In this document: positions 12,191 to 25,107 of the stretch, piece by piece
Layout of the letters: each line of letters starts with the position of its first letter
Position numbering within the stretch: position 1 is the stretch's first letter
NCBI RefSeq assembly: GCF_004010195.1
Contig: NC_057755.1
Location: 6,806,529-6,870,528, forward strand
Direction of reading: 5' to 3'
Source: Chiloscyllium plagiosum
Lineage: Eukaryota
DNA length: 64,000 nt
Made by a program: the position numbers and the translations under genes
Notes under the pieces: generated by a model
The model's input: the letters and a program-made list of their open reading frames with translations, nothing else
What the model was told of the DNA's origin: nothing
Database searches by the model: none

Positions 12191-12571
12191 CTTCCAGGTT
12201 CTAATTACCTCATCGGCTTCACATCCTCTTAAATGTACGGTACCTGTAAGTGAAGTCTATATTCCAGCTGAGGCAGAAATAGTGCCTTGCACACCAAGAA
12301 CATAAAATGCTTGCACATGTCCGCCTTGCGCATAGCAATTGACTAAGGTGACTTACAAATCATTTTCTTGACCTCTCCCGCCAATGTCAGTAACATCTCC
12401 ACCTAATTTCCTCTTCATCAGCATTCCATGACAATGCATTACTGAAATATATATGGCTACTATGTAAATTAATCAATTTATTTTGTACCAATCTTCACAG
12501 CCTGTTTTATTTCGAGAGTATCATGTTCAAAATAATTTTGCTGTGCAGCAAAGCGAACTACATCAGGTTAT

Positions 12572-12662
12572 GGTCGAGACTGTGGTGCTGGAAAGGCACA
12601 GCAGGTCAGGCAACATCTGAGAAACAGGAAAGTCGATGCATCGGTCAAAAGCACTTCAGCGT
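12572..12662 (-). mobile_element. Short PLE pLTR fragment
   Basis: gtggtgctggaaaggcacagcaggtcaggcaacatctgagaaacaggaaagtcgatg matches the pLTR ends at 25140-25230 and 40400-40470. Confidence 0.6.
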
Positions 12663-14269
12663 GAGGTTATGGGCAGGGATAAAGTGATAGGCACAGAATG
12701 GATACATTTTTTCAAAAACATGTGAATTGGTATTCTTTGAATGAGTATTCGGGGATGAGGAATGTAGGTTTGGGCAGTTAAATGTTCCTCCTACAGAATG
12801 TGGGAATTAAGGATCACCACTAGTGGCCCTGCTGACTGCATCTGCGTAACTGCACCCAACTCCAGCTCCTCGAAACCCACATTAGCGAACTTTAGCTGGA
12901 ATTGGATGAAGTTCACTTCATTCAGGAGATGGAGGGGGTTATTGAAAGGTTACTCAGGAACAAGAAAGAAATAGCTGAGTTACTGTCAAGGGATGGAAAG
13001 GGAACCGGCAGGCAGTGCAGGGATTCCCTATGGCAGTTCCCCTCAGAAACAACTACACCGTTATGGACACTGTTGAGCGGGATGACCTACCATGGAAAAG
13101 TAATAGGACACAGGTCTCTGGTACAGAATCTGTCCCTGTTGCTCAGAAGGGAAGTTTGAAATGAAGCAGAGCATTCGTTAGAGGGACAGAGAGGAGGTTC
13201 TGTGGAAATGAGAGAGATTCACGGTTGGTGTGTTGCCTTCAGGGTTTGTGATGCCTCTGATCATGTTTTTGTGACCTTGAGGGGGAGGGGGAGCAGCCCC
13301 AAGTCGTGGTCAACAGAGGCAGCAACAACACATGGAAGAAGAGATTTCGGGATTCAAGACAGATTTTCAGGGATCTAGGGTGGAAGCTTAGAGGTCAGGC
13401 AAAGAGAGTTGTTATCTTGGGTTTGTCGCCCGTTCCACGTGCTAGCGAGACAAGGAACAGGGAGAGAGAGAAGTTGAACACGTGACGGCAGCGACGGTGC
13501 AGGAGGGAGTGTTGTGGATTTCTGGATAATTGGGTTTCTTCCCAGGATAGGTGGGACCTCTACAAAATGAATGGTCTTCACCTGAACCAGAGGGTACCAA
13601 TATTCTGGGGGTGAATCTTCTAATGCTCTGCGGGTTGGTTTAAACAAGTTCTGCCGTGTAATGGGACCCAAATTGTAGTATGAGAAAACAGGGGGTAGGA
13701 AGTAGAGAAGTCCAAAATACTTTATCAAGGTCGCAAGAGGGCACCGGTAAGCAAGACGTTAGTTTGAAGCCTGTCGACATCAATGCCAGAAGCATGCATA
13801 ATAAGATGGGTGAAATTGCAGCATGAATAGATACCTGGGATTTCGATGTTATGGCCGTTTCGGGGACGTGGGTAGATCAGAGGCAGGAATATTTGTTGCA
13901 GGTTCCAGAATTTTGAAGTTTCAGTAAGAACAGAGAAGATGCTAATAGAAGAGGGGGGATGTGTGGCATTGTTACTCAAGCACAGTTTACATTTGAAGAA
14001 AGTGCATTTGTGGACTGGTCTACTTATGTAGTATGGGCTGAGATTATAAACAGGCAAGGAGAGGTCACCCTGTTGTTAGTTCTCTATTAGCCTCTGAGAA
14101 GTTCCAGAGATGTAGAGGAAAAAATAGCAAAGGTGATTCTCGAAAGGAGCGAGAGTGACAGGGCAGTTATTCTGGGAACTTTAACTTTCCAAGAATTGAC
14201 TGGTAATATTACAGTTCAAATACTTTAGACCGGTTAGTTTCTGTCTAATGTGTTCAGGAGGGTTTCTGA

Positions 14270-14560
14270 TCAGATTACATTAGATTACTTACAGTTGGCC
14301 CTTTGGCCTAACAAATCCACACCGACCCTCCAAAGAGCAACCCACCCATACCCATTCCCCTACATTTACCCCTTCACCTAACACTACGGGAAAATTTACC
14401 ATGGCTAATTCACCTACCCTGCATATTTTGGATGGTGCGAGGAAACCAGAGCACCCAGAGGAAACCCACGGGAAAAATGTGCAAACTCCACACAGATAGT
14501 TGCCTGAGGCGAGAATTGAACCTGGGTCTCAGCCGCTGTGAGGCAGCAGTGCTAACCATG
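14270..14560 (-). mobile_element. HE1-type tRNA-derived SINE (V-SINE family) inserted in CR1
   Basis: Reverse complement of the SINE at 29973-30266: tRNA-like head (tggttagcactgctgcctcacagc), central gtgtggagtttgcaca, and gtaagtaatctaat tail. Confidence 0.9.
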
Positions 14561-14849
14561 GAGAGAGATCAACAAGGGGCGAGGTAACATTAGATTTAAT
14601 TCGGGGTAATGAACCCAGCCAGGTGATAGAATTGGAGATAGGTGAGCTTTTTGGTGATAGTGACCACAATTTGGTTATCTTTACTTTAGCGATGGAAAGG
14701 ATTAGCTGTATACTGCAGGGCAAGACTTAGAGCTGGGTGAAAGGCCATTAGGAAAGATTCACGATGCAAAAGATGGGGGCGGAAACTGGAATGGATTGAC
14801 ACGCTTTTTCAAGGAACCGCTAATGCATGTACTTGAAAAGTATGTACGT

Positions 14850-16243
14850 GTGGAGCAGATCGGTTGGGAAAACGATGGACAGGTTTGAAAGGTCATGAGA
14901 GCGGTTCTGAGCTTGTAGGTTAGAACTGGGGTTGGTGGGGGGAAATGAGGACACTGACGAAGTCCACATTGATACCATGGGTTGGAAGCGTGCTGCGGCG
15001 GAAGATGAGGCATTTTTCATCGAGAAGGTAAGGGAGTGGTGATGGAGCAGGTCCAGAACCTGCATGTCCTTGTCAAAGTGGGAGGGGGAGTTTTAAAATG
15101 GTCGGCCACAGGGCGGTGGGGAGCGGGTTAATTGGTGCAGGTGTTCCAGAGATGTTGCCTGAAGCACACTCCAAGTAGGCAGCCAGTGTCCCCAATGGAG
15201 AGGAGACCGTATTGGGAGCAACGGCTGCAGTAAATGACTTGAGTGAAAGTGCACGTGAAACTTTGATGTGGAAGGCTCCTTTGAGGCCTTAGAAGTAGAT
15301 GAGGAGGGAGGTGTGGGCACAGGTTTAGCAATTCTTGCGGTGACAGGGGAAGGTCGTGGGAGGGGAGGGTGGGTTTTTAGGGGACGTGAGCCTGACTAGG
15401 TCATAGCGGAGAGAACGGACTTTGTGGAAAGCAGTAGGTATGGGAAGGGAAATATATCTCTGGTGGTGGGTTCAGTTTGGAGATGATGGAAATGTTGACA
15501 GATGATGCGATTTATGCGGAGGTTGGAGGGGTGGACGGTGAGGACCAGGGCAGTTCTCTCCGAGTTGCAGTTGGAGGTGACAGTTTCGAGTGCGAAGGTG
15601 CACAACGTGGATAAGATGCATTGAAGGGCATCTTCAACCATGTGGAAGGGGAAATTGCTGTCCTGAAAGAAGGAGGCCATCTGGTGTGATCTGTGATGGA
15701 ACTGGTCCTTCCGGGAGCAGATGTGGTGGAGGCAGAATAATTGGGAATAAGGGATAGCATCTTTACTGGAAGTAGGATGAGAGGAGGTGTAATCCGGGTA
15801 GCTGTGGGAGTCGGTGGGCTTGTAGAAAATGTCAGTGTTGTGTTGGTCACCGTTTTTGTACATGGAGAGATTCAGGAACGGGAGGGAGTTATCAGAGATG
15901 GTCCAGGTGAATCTAAGATTGGTGTGGAATGTGTTGGTGAAGTTGATGAATTGTTCACCTCCTCATAGGAGCACGATGTGACGTCGATGCAGTCATCAAT
16001 GTAACGGAGGAAGTTGTGGGGAGTGGTGCCATTGTAACACCAGAAAATGGACTGTTCTACACAGCCAATGAAGAGACAGGGGCCCATGCAGGTACCCATG
16101 GCTACCCCGTTTGTCTGGAGGACGTGGAAGGAGAAATTATTGAGTGTGAGGACCACTTCAGCTAAACAAATAAGAGTGTGAGTGGAACAGTACTGGTGGT
16201 GACATCAGGAGAGGAAGGTTTTATACGTAGCCGACAAATGGCT
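14850..16243 (-). mobile_element. Penelope-like element (RT + GIY-YIG), decayed, nested in CR1
   Basis: ORFs contain QTNGVAMGTCMGP, FLRYIDD, DIFYKPTDSHSY and FTCTFTQVIYCSRCSQYGLLSIGDTG. Confidence 0.9.
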
Positions 16244-18879
16244 GGATGGGATTGAGGTTCCAAAATGGGAGGCATTAGCAATTCTGTAAAGTGTGAAAAT
16301 AGATAAGTCACCTGGTCCAAATGGGTTTATATTACAATTCTCTGGAAAGCCAGGGAGGAGATTTCTGAGCCTTTGACTTTGATGTTGATGTCTTCTTTGC
16401 CTGCAGAAATAGTGCCAGAAGACCGAAAGTTTGGAAATGTTGTTCCCTTCTTTAAGAAGGGGAGTAAAGACAACCCTGGTAGTTATAGACCAGTGAGCCT
16501 TATTTCGGTTGTGGCTAAAGTGTTTGAAAAATTTATCAGAGATAGGATTTATAAACATCTAGAAAGAAATAAGCTGATTAGGGATTTTCAACACGGTTTG
16601 GTAAAGGGTCGATCGTGTCTCACAAAACTTATTGAGTAATTTGGCGATGAGACCAAACAGGTAGATGAGGATAAAGCGAATTTCAGGAAGGCGCTTGATA
16701 AAACTGCCCACAGTACGCTATTGCACAAAACACAGAGGCATGGGATTGAGGGTGATTTCGTGGTTTGGATCCGAAATTGGCGACCTGAAAGAACACAGAG
16801 CGTGTTAGTTGATGGGAAATGTTTATCCCGGAGCACAGTTACTAGTGGAGCACTGCACGGATCTGTTTTCGGTCCACTATTGTTGGTCAGTTTTTTAAAA
16901 AAAAAATGACATGGATGAGGACCTGGAAGGATGGTTTAGTAACTTTACTTATTATACTAAGGTCGATATAGTTTTGGACAGTGCAGAAGAATGTTGGAAG
17001 TTGGAGAAGGACATGGAGAAGGTCTAAGAGGTGGAAAATGGAGTCAATGTGGAAAAATGTGAGGTTATTCACTTTGAAAGGAGCAACAGAAATAAGGGTA
17101 TTGGGCAAATGTTAAGTTTCCTGGTGGTCTGGTTCAGCGGAGGGATCTCAGTTTGCATGTACATCGATCACTGAAGGTTGCAACTCAATTTGATTGGTTT
17201 GTAAAGAAGGCATATGATATGTTCACTTTTATTGGTAGAGGGATGGAGTTTCGGAACCATGAGGTCATGGTGCAGCTGTAAAAATCTCTGGTGCAGCCGC
17301 ACATGGTCTCTTGTGTACAATTCTGGTCACTACATTATTGGATGGATGTGGAAACTTTGGAAAGGGTTCAGAGGCGATTTACTCAGATGTTCCCTTTATG
17401 GAGGGAAGGTCTTTCGAGTAAAGGCTGAGATACATGAGGCTGCTTCCGTGAAAGAAAAGGTTGAAGGTGACTTAATTGAGACACATAAGAAAATCAGAGG
17501 GTTAGGTGAACAGTGAGTGCTATTTTTCCTTGGATGGTGATGACTCGCATGAGTGCATCAAAAGTTTAAATGGAGGGGTGACTAATATATGACAGATGTC
17601 AGAGATTGTTTGTTACTGCAGAGAGTACTAGGGCCAGGGAATGCACGACCTGCATCAGTTTTAGACGCTCCAAACTTAACGGGATTTAAATTATCATTGA
17701 ATAGACATATGGACGAAAGTGCAATAGTGTAGGTTAGATGGGCTTCTGATTGGTTTCACAGATGGCGCAACATCGACGGCCGAAGGGCCTGTACTGCACT
17801 GTAATGTTCTATGTTCTACGTAGTATAGATAAAACTAATACACCATTTACGCTGTGTAGGAAATAAAGCAAAAATACTCGGAGAGATATTTTCAAAATCC
17901 GTAACGTTTCAGGAACTGTTAATACCACTATTAGGAAAGGTAAAACGAAACTTAACTTTGACAGTCTGCACTCTGAAACAAAAAGATGTGATGATAATGC
18001 CCAACCATCTCCCATTAGGATGGGAATGAGGATTGTTTATAATTTGGGGCAAACCGACGGAGAAATGATGTCAAAGATGCATCAGTGAAGTCGGTCAGTG
18101 AGTTACTTAATGTATCAAAGATCAAGGAAAATGGGAGATGACCAAACATTTAACACAAGACCTCATGCAAATATGGAAAATGAGGAAGAGTTTTGATATA
18201 AGCAGAAGAAGCCAATTATTTTTGCTGACATTTTAGGAAAAGAAACCTAAAACGATCGAAATTAATTAGTTGAAAATTCTGTTTTACAATAAGACATGAG
18301 ATGACAGGTGATAGTTTAACCTGAGAAACACCTTGTCTCAGATGAGAGAAGCGGATCTGAAGGAGAGTCCTTCATGGAAACCTCAGTCAAATACACTTTG
18401 CTCATCACTCAGCAAATGCCTCCTCAGTTAATTAAGGTGAACTAAATTCACTTCAGTTTCACTCGTCACATTTGTATCCCATTACAACCTGCAAATTTCT
18501 TTTATCTTGGAAACTATACAGTGGTGTGGATTCTGTTGATAGAATGATTCCTATACGGGAGTCACAATGGGAGATTAGACTGGCTGTTCAGCACTGGAGC
18601 GAATTACACCATCCAGATTATTGACTTTTCCTCTTCCATCTGCAGAATGAATTGCAAGTTTCTCACACGCTATTGACTCATATGTAGCAAACAATGGAAG
18701 ATGAAATATTTGAATATTTTATATTGTCTGGTGTGTTTGCATTTGTAAGTCACATCTTCTCTAAGACTACCTTTGTCATGTTAACAAAAAGATCTCTCTC
18801 AGATCAGGCTTAACTTATTAAATTACCATTGAAATTAATTCTCTTGCTAGATGGTACCACCGAATAATTTTTCACCCAC

Positions 18880-19350
18880 TGATAGAGCTATAGCATTGCA
18901 CAGCATCAAACCAAACTTTTCAGTCTAAGTCATCCATGCATTTCAGATGTTCAATATCCTAATGGTCTCATTTGACAGCAGTTGACATATATCCCTCTAA
19001 ACCCTACCTATTCATATACGCATTCAGGTGTCTTTTAAAGGTTTTAATTGTACCAGTCTCCACCAACTCCTCTGGCAGCTCATTCTGTACAAACTCCACT
19101 CTCTGCGTGAAGAAGTTGCCGCTAAATTCCCTGTTAATGTTTTTTCCCTTCTTCCCCCTAATCTGTGCCCTCTAGTTTTGTAATCTGCTACCCTGAGGAA
19201 ATTACCTTGCCTATTCGCATGATTTTATAAATCTCTGTAAGGTCACCCCTCAACCACCAATGCTCCAGTGAAAACAGTCACATTTTATGCATTCTGTCCC
19301 TTCAGCTGAAAACTTCTACCCTGAACAATATCCTCATACATCTCTTCTTA
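18880..19350 (-). mobile_element. CR1 3' end fragment (copy 2 equivalent ~44655-45120)
   Basis: Antisense CR1 3' sequence (catatatccctctaaaccc..., ccactctctgcgtgaagaagttgcc, gtaaggtcacccctcaac). Confidence 0.7.
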
Positions 19351-20364
19351 ATTTTCCCATAGCAGGCTTCTAAGAATATACATTTGATCCGAAAAACCGA
19401 GATTCTGTTTTGTGCATCTCTGCTTTCTTGTTATTGAAGTCGAGGTCAGAATCTGAATTAGTGTTTGGACCATTTGTTGAAGAAGTATTGTGCCTGTTAA
19501 AGCAACAACACAAAGTTGTTGGCTTCCTGATTGTCCACTTATTTCAACGTTTTTAAAGTTCAGAGAATTGAAACTTAGAATCAAATGAATAGTCTTTGGA
19601 GCCGACAGTATGTTTTCTGCATGTATCAGCATCATCTGAAATCAAGAAATCTACGATCTCCTGCGACAGCGATGATCTAGATTGTCGAAGCAGCGAAAGA
19701 AAGGTGACCATTAAATCGCAAATAATGTGTTTTTCTTTGTCACTTATTTCTCAATTTGACTGTTTGTCTGTCTGTCTTGTTGTCAGAGTACCATCTCTAA
19801 TCAGAGAGTACTGGAGTTAAAACTGAACCATTAATTAGATTGCTGCTGAAAAATTGCTATGCTTAGGTTAATATATTGTTAAAAAAATGTTTAGTCTTTT
19901 GTTTGATGTATAGACTTCTGTATGGTATTGGTTGTTCACAAGGTCTATGTCTGGCGATTAAAAGAGTCTGTTTAGGAACTATTGCGATCAATTTTGTAAG
20001 GTACTGAGCATTTTGATTTTCCTGCATAGTAAATGCAAGTACCTGTAGAGGGAAATTGATTTGATTTGGTTGTCAGTCTTTGTATCTGAATGAATGCAAC
20101 CTGTTCTAAGGGCAACTTCCATCATGCATTTTCAATAAGTCGAAAGGAATTCAATGGAAGATGCTGGAAACAAGCCAACATATCAGTACCTCCATTCTGT
20201 GTATTCAGTGATTTGTTATCCCATCGTGCACGCTCCATTACTCAGATGAAAAAAGACATTGCATGGAATTCTGTGTTGCAAATAATTCCATATTTCGTCC
20301 CAACATTTGTAGACTTTTGCTGTGACTGATTCACTTTTATGACATTTGCTCATTTGAATTACAG

Positions 20365-21278
20365 CAAACCTGATGACAGTGATAATTCTCTCCAGGGGAA
20401 ATTGCGGCCTTTCCAATTGTACCTCTGCCTATATGATCGCCATGGCAACAGCAGCATTACTCGTCTTGATCTTCAATATAACTGTGCTTCAAGTTCTTGG
20501 TGATAACTTTCCAAATTCGTTCCTTTCCTACACTAGTGTTTGTAAGTTCCTTAATTATATGAGCTCAGCCAATCTGGGCTTGACAGTGTGGTCCACAATC
20601 GTGTTCACATTTGATCGATATGTAGCTATATGTTGTGAGAGGCTGAAAAGAAAATATTGCAGAGTGAGGACAGCGGCTGCAGTTATAATGATCACGACTG
20701 TCTTGGTTTACCTGCAGAACATACCCTTTTTATTTGCATATGAACCTGAAAAGGTAATTGATCAGTTAGAGTGGGGTTGTCAGTCTAAATTGATTTTTTT
20801 CACTTCGCCATTGGGTACAGCATTCTCCTGGTTACAGACAGTTTTAGTTATTTGGCTTCCATTTTCTTTGTTATTCACATTTAATTGCTTGATCATCAGA
20901 CGAATTGTGCTCGCTAATAGATCTCGCAGAGCTGTCCAGGGACACAATAGTGAGAGTCAAAGAGACCCAGAGATGGAAAGTCGAAGGAGGTCCATTATTT
21001 TACTCTTCACGATATCGGGAAGTTTTATTCTTCTCTGGCTGACAGTTGCTGTGAGCTTCTTATCATCAAGGATAACAAGTACTAGACATTATCAAGGTGA
21101 TTATGCAGCTCCTGCCTACATTGCCACTGAAACAGGCTACCTGCTCATGTATTTGAATTCATGCAGTAACGTGTGTATTTATACAGCCACACAAAGGAAA
21201 TTCAGGGAAGAACTCAAGGAAGTGATGACATTACCTTGGCCATTAATTCTGGCGTTGATCAGTCGAAAGAAAATGTAA
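20365..21278 (+). CDS. gpr139-like: Terminal coding exon of GPR139-like class A GPCR, copy 1 (second half of TM1 to C-terminus)
   Basis: Acceptor ttacAG at 20363-20364, then CA AAC CTG ATG. Open ORF with hydrophobic TM segments, FTFDRYVAIC (DRY), ECL1/ECL2 cysteines, SNVCIY in TM7 and KFREELK helix 8. AATAAA at ~21343 and ~21466. Confidence 0.92.
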
Positions 21279-21957
21279 CAGAAAGTAAACCCTACCTCCA
21301 ACTCATTTGTATTCCTCTGCCTCCAAAAGTTCTGTTGAGTAGAAATAAAGTCTCTTACATTTTAATTTCTCTATGGACTAACTGAATACTTCAAGAAAGA
21401 GTGAGAAGTGTTCAGTTATATACATTTCGCATGAATGATGTTTCGTAAGTTACTCATATCAATGAAATAAAACAAGTAAACATTATTACCGTGTGTGGGC
21501 ACCATTCAAGTCATCTTGACGTGAAGGGGGAGGATCTACTCTAATAAACCCAGACCCTCAGATTTCATATCAATTCATTGCTCTTTCAAGCTGACATTAC
21601 CCAGAACGCCCTGCCGTCTCAATCCTGCCCCCTGTCTGCAGCGCAGTGAATCTCAGAATCATCTCAACCAACGTGGGAGGAGCTGATGGTCCTCTGGGAC
21701 GATGGTGATTTGGGGATGAAAGGGTGTTTTGCTAATGAGTGCATGAGGGTAGTAGCAATTCAGATGAATATTCTGATATGGAAGAGAGATTCCTATAGAT
21801 AATAATGAGTACAACAGACAATTCAATTCAAAGTGAATAATTGCAAGAATCATGGTTCCTGCAGCAGATTATGTCAGCGAGATGCACGGTCATGTCAAGG
21901 TGACTTGAATGGTGCCCATGCATTGAAGCTTTCGCAGAAAAGGTTGTTGTAACATTT

Positions 21958-24490
21958 ATGGACTCACCCACTGCAGGGAAGAGACCTTGTCCATTTATCC
22001 TATCCATGCCCCTCATGAATTTATGAACCTGTACAGATACACCCCTCAGCCTTCGACGCTCCAGGGAAAATAACCCTCGCCAATTCAACCTCTCCCATAA
22101 GATCAAATTTTCCAACCCTGGCCACAGACCTGTAAATCTTTTGTGAACCCTTCCACGTTTCACGACGTCTTTCTGAGAGGAAGGAGACCGGAAGTGCACG
22201 CAATATTACAACAGTGACCGAACCAATGTCCTGTACAGTCTCAACTTGACCTTCTGATTATTGTACTCAATACCCTGAACAATTACAGAAAGGAGACCAA
22301 ACGCCTTCTTCGCTATCCTATCTACCTGTGACTCCACTTTCAAGGAAGTATGAATCTGCACTCCAAGGTCTCTTTGTTCAGCATTGCTCCCCAAGGCCTG
22401 ACCATAATGTGTACAAGTGAAGATATGATTTATCTTCGCATAATGCAGCACCTTACATTTATCCAAGTTAAACTCCATCTGACACTCCTTGGCGTATGAA
22501 CCCATCTGATCAAGATCTCTTTACACTCAGAGGTAACCTTCTTCTCTGTCCCACTGCACGCCCACTGTTGATGTCATCTGCAAAATTTCTCGCTACATTA
22601 GCAGTGTTCATATCCAAATTATTTATATAAACGGTGAAACACAGTGGAGCCAGCAATGATCCTTCTGGCACACTATTGGTCACAGGTCTCTAGTCTGAAA
22701 ACAACCCTCCACCACCACCCTCTGTCTTCGACCTTCGAGTCAGTTCTGTATCCAAATGGCTAGTTCTCCCTGTACTCCTTGTGACATCACCTTGCAAAAT
22801 ATTTTTGAACACTTACTGAAGTCCATTTAGAACACATCCACCGCTCTCCCCTCATCAATCCTCTTTTCTTCTTCGAGTCATAGAGTCCGACAACATGGAA
22901 ACTGCTCCTTCGGCCAACTGGTCCTTGCCGGCCAAAATGTCCTTTCACACAAACCCCATTTCCCTGCACTTGACCCATATCCTTCTAATCATTTCCTATC
23001 CATGCATTTGTTCAAATACAATTTAAATGTTGTTAATTGACACGCCTTAACCAGTTCCACTGGCAGCTCATTCCATGTGCGTTCCACCCTCTGTGTAAAA
23101 GGGTTACCCCTCAGCCTCTCTATTATTCTTTTCCCTCTAAAATTAAATTGGTTCCCGCTAATTTCCGATTCTTCAAACCTGGGTAAAAGATTGAGCGCAT
23201 TGACTCTATCATGCTTCTAATAGAGTCATAGAGTCATAGAGATGTATTGCAAGGAAACAGACCCTTCGGTCCAATCCGTCCATGCCGACCAGATATCCCA
23301 ACCCAATCGAGGCCCACCTGCCAGCACCCGGCCCATATCCCTCCAAACCCTTCCTATTCATATACCCATCCAAATGCCTCTTAAATGTTGCAATTGTACC
23401 ATCCTCCACCACTTCCGCTGGCAGCTCATTCGATACACGTTCCACTCTGTGAGAAAGTTGCCTCGTCGGTCTCTTTTATGTCTTTCCCCTCTCACCCTAA
23501 ACCTATGCCCTCTAGTTATGGACTCCCCGACACCTGGGGAAAAGGCTTTGCCTATTTACCATATCCATGCCCCTCAGAAATTATCTTGTACTCTTCTGTA
23601 AGCACCCCCCTCAGTCTCTTACACTCCGAAGAAATAAAAGTTGTAGCTTGTCCAACCTCTGCATGTAACTCAGTCCGTTCAGTCTTGGCAACGTCCTTGT
23701 AAATTTCTTCCACACTCTTTCCCGTTGACTAATAACCTTCTGATAACAAGGCGAATAAAAGTGAACACCATACTCTCAGTGCAGCCTCACCAGCGTCCGG
23801 TTCAACTGCAACATATCTCCCAACTTCTCTACTCAGTGCTGAGAATGATGAAGGCCAGTGTGCCAAAAGCCTTTCTCACTGCCCTGTCTACCTATGACTG
23901 CTCATTCAGAGAACCGTGCACCTGAACTGCAAGTTCCCTCTGTTCCACTCCACACCTTAAGGCACTGTCATTCACCATGAAACCCCGACCTGATTTGACT
24001 TTCGAAAATGCAAGATCTCACACTTACTGGTATTAAACACAGTTAACCATTGCTCGTCCCACTTCCATAGCTGATCAAGGTCCTGCTGCAGCTTCTGACA
24101 ACCTTCCTTACTGCCCACGATACCGCCTATATTAGTGTCATCTGCAAACTTACTAATCTTATCTTGTACGTGCTCATCCAAATCACTGAGAACGATAACA
24201 AACAGCATTGTGCCCAGCACCGAACCCCGAGGCACTCACCTAGTCACAGGCCTCCAGTCCAATAAGTATCCTTCCACTATTACACTCTACTTCCTACCAT
24301 CAAGTCAATTATGTATGTGTATCCAATTTTCTGGCTCCACATGGATTCCGTACGATCTAACATTCCACAGCAGCATAACATGTGGAACACTATCAAAGGC
24401 CTTACTGAAATCCACACAGAATACGTCGACTACCCTGTCTTCATCAGCCTTCCTGGTCACATTAATGAGGTATGATCTCCCACACACAAA
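21958..24490 (-). mobile_element. Nested cluster of antisense CR1 LINE fragments (at least 3-4 pieces)
   Basis: ORFs contain EFNLDKCKVLH, KISKFADDTNIGG and VDFSKAFDSVPH. 3' tails (TAGAGTCA)n at ~22875 and 23220-23240. Copy 2 equivalent is ~50130-52670. Confidence 0.88.
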
Positions 24491-24571
24491 CCCCTTTGTA
24501 GCAAACACAATGCTGTCGTTGTTCTGGAAATGCCCTATTTAGACCGTGGAAAGAAATCTTAATATATTTCA

Positions 24572-24668
24572 ACACCGTGCTGTTCCTGTCCTTGGAGTAT
24601 TCAACTCTGTATCTAACCCTATGCTGCTCCTGTCCTGCAGTGTAGAGGGAGCTTTATTCTGTATCTAA
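24572..24668. repeat. Remnant of a shark-type tandem repeat (gtgtagagggagcttta.tctgtatctaaccc.tgctg..cctgtcc)
   Basis: Two partial units visible. Also present at ~52755-52877. Confidence 0.5.
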
Positions 24669-25107
24669 ATCAACTCCCCAATTGCCCTGTGGATTTAGAT
24701 AGAAATGGTTTTGATATGGGAAGTCTGATGCATTGGCAGGAGAACTGAAATAATGTGAAATGAGATGTCATCCTTTTTGGATGTTAGACTGAATACAAGA
24801 TAAACAAAATGGTCAAATGTTACATTGAGAGGAAGAATACAGAAAGTTGCTGGTCCATTTCTGTTCTGTTACATATCTCCAAGTTTGAGATTGGGGCTGA
24901 ATTACTGTCACAATGGGAAATACCTCAAAAGCTGTTCACTGCACTGTATTAATGCATCATCAAAATGTGAATTCCCTCTGCAGGGATAGGAAATAGAGAC
25001 AACTCTGTGAAGGTGATTAAAATGCATATTCCAAATCTAAGGGCAGCGAATGCAGGGGAAAATGTCACATTCGAGCTATGTCTGCCTTACCTTCGAAGCT
25101 CAGAGAG

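Larger units (their letters stand above)
12760..17820 (+). mobile_element. Near full-length decayed CR1 LINE in the GPCR intron, interrupted by an HE1 SINE and a PLE
   Basis: ORF1-like region at 12770-13650, APE remnants at 13760-14700, RT remnants (VVPFFKKGSKDNPGSYRPVSL, FQHGLVKGRSCLTKLIE), and tail aatgttctatgttcta at ~17803-17818. Confidence 0.88.
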
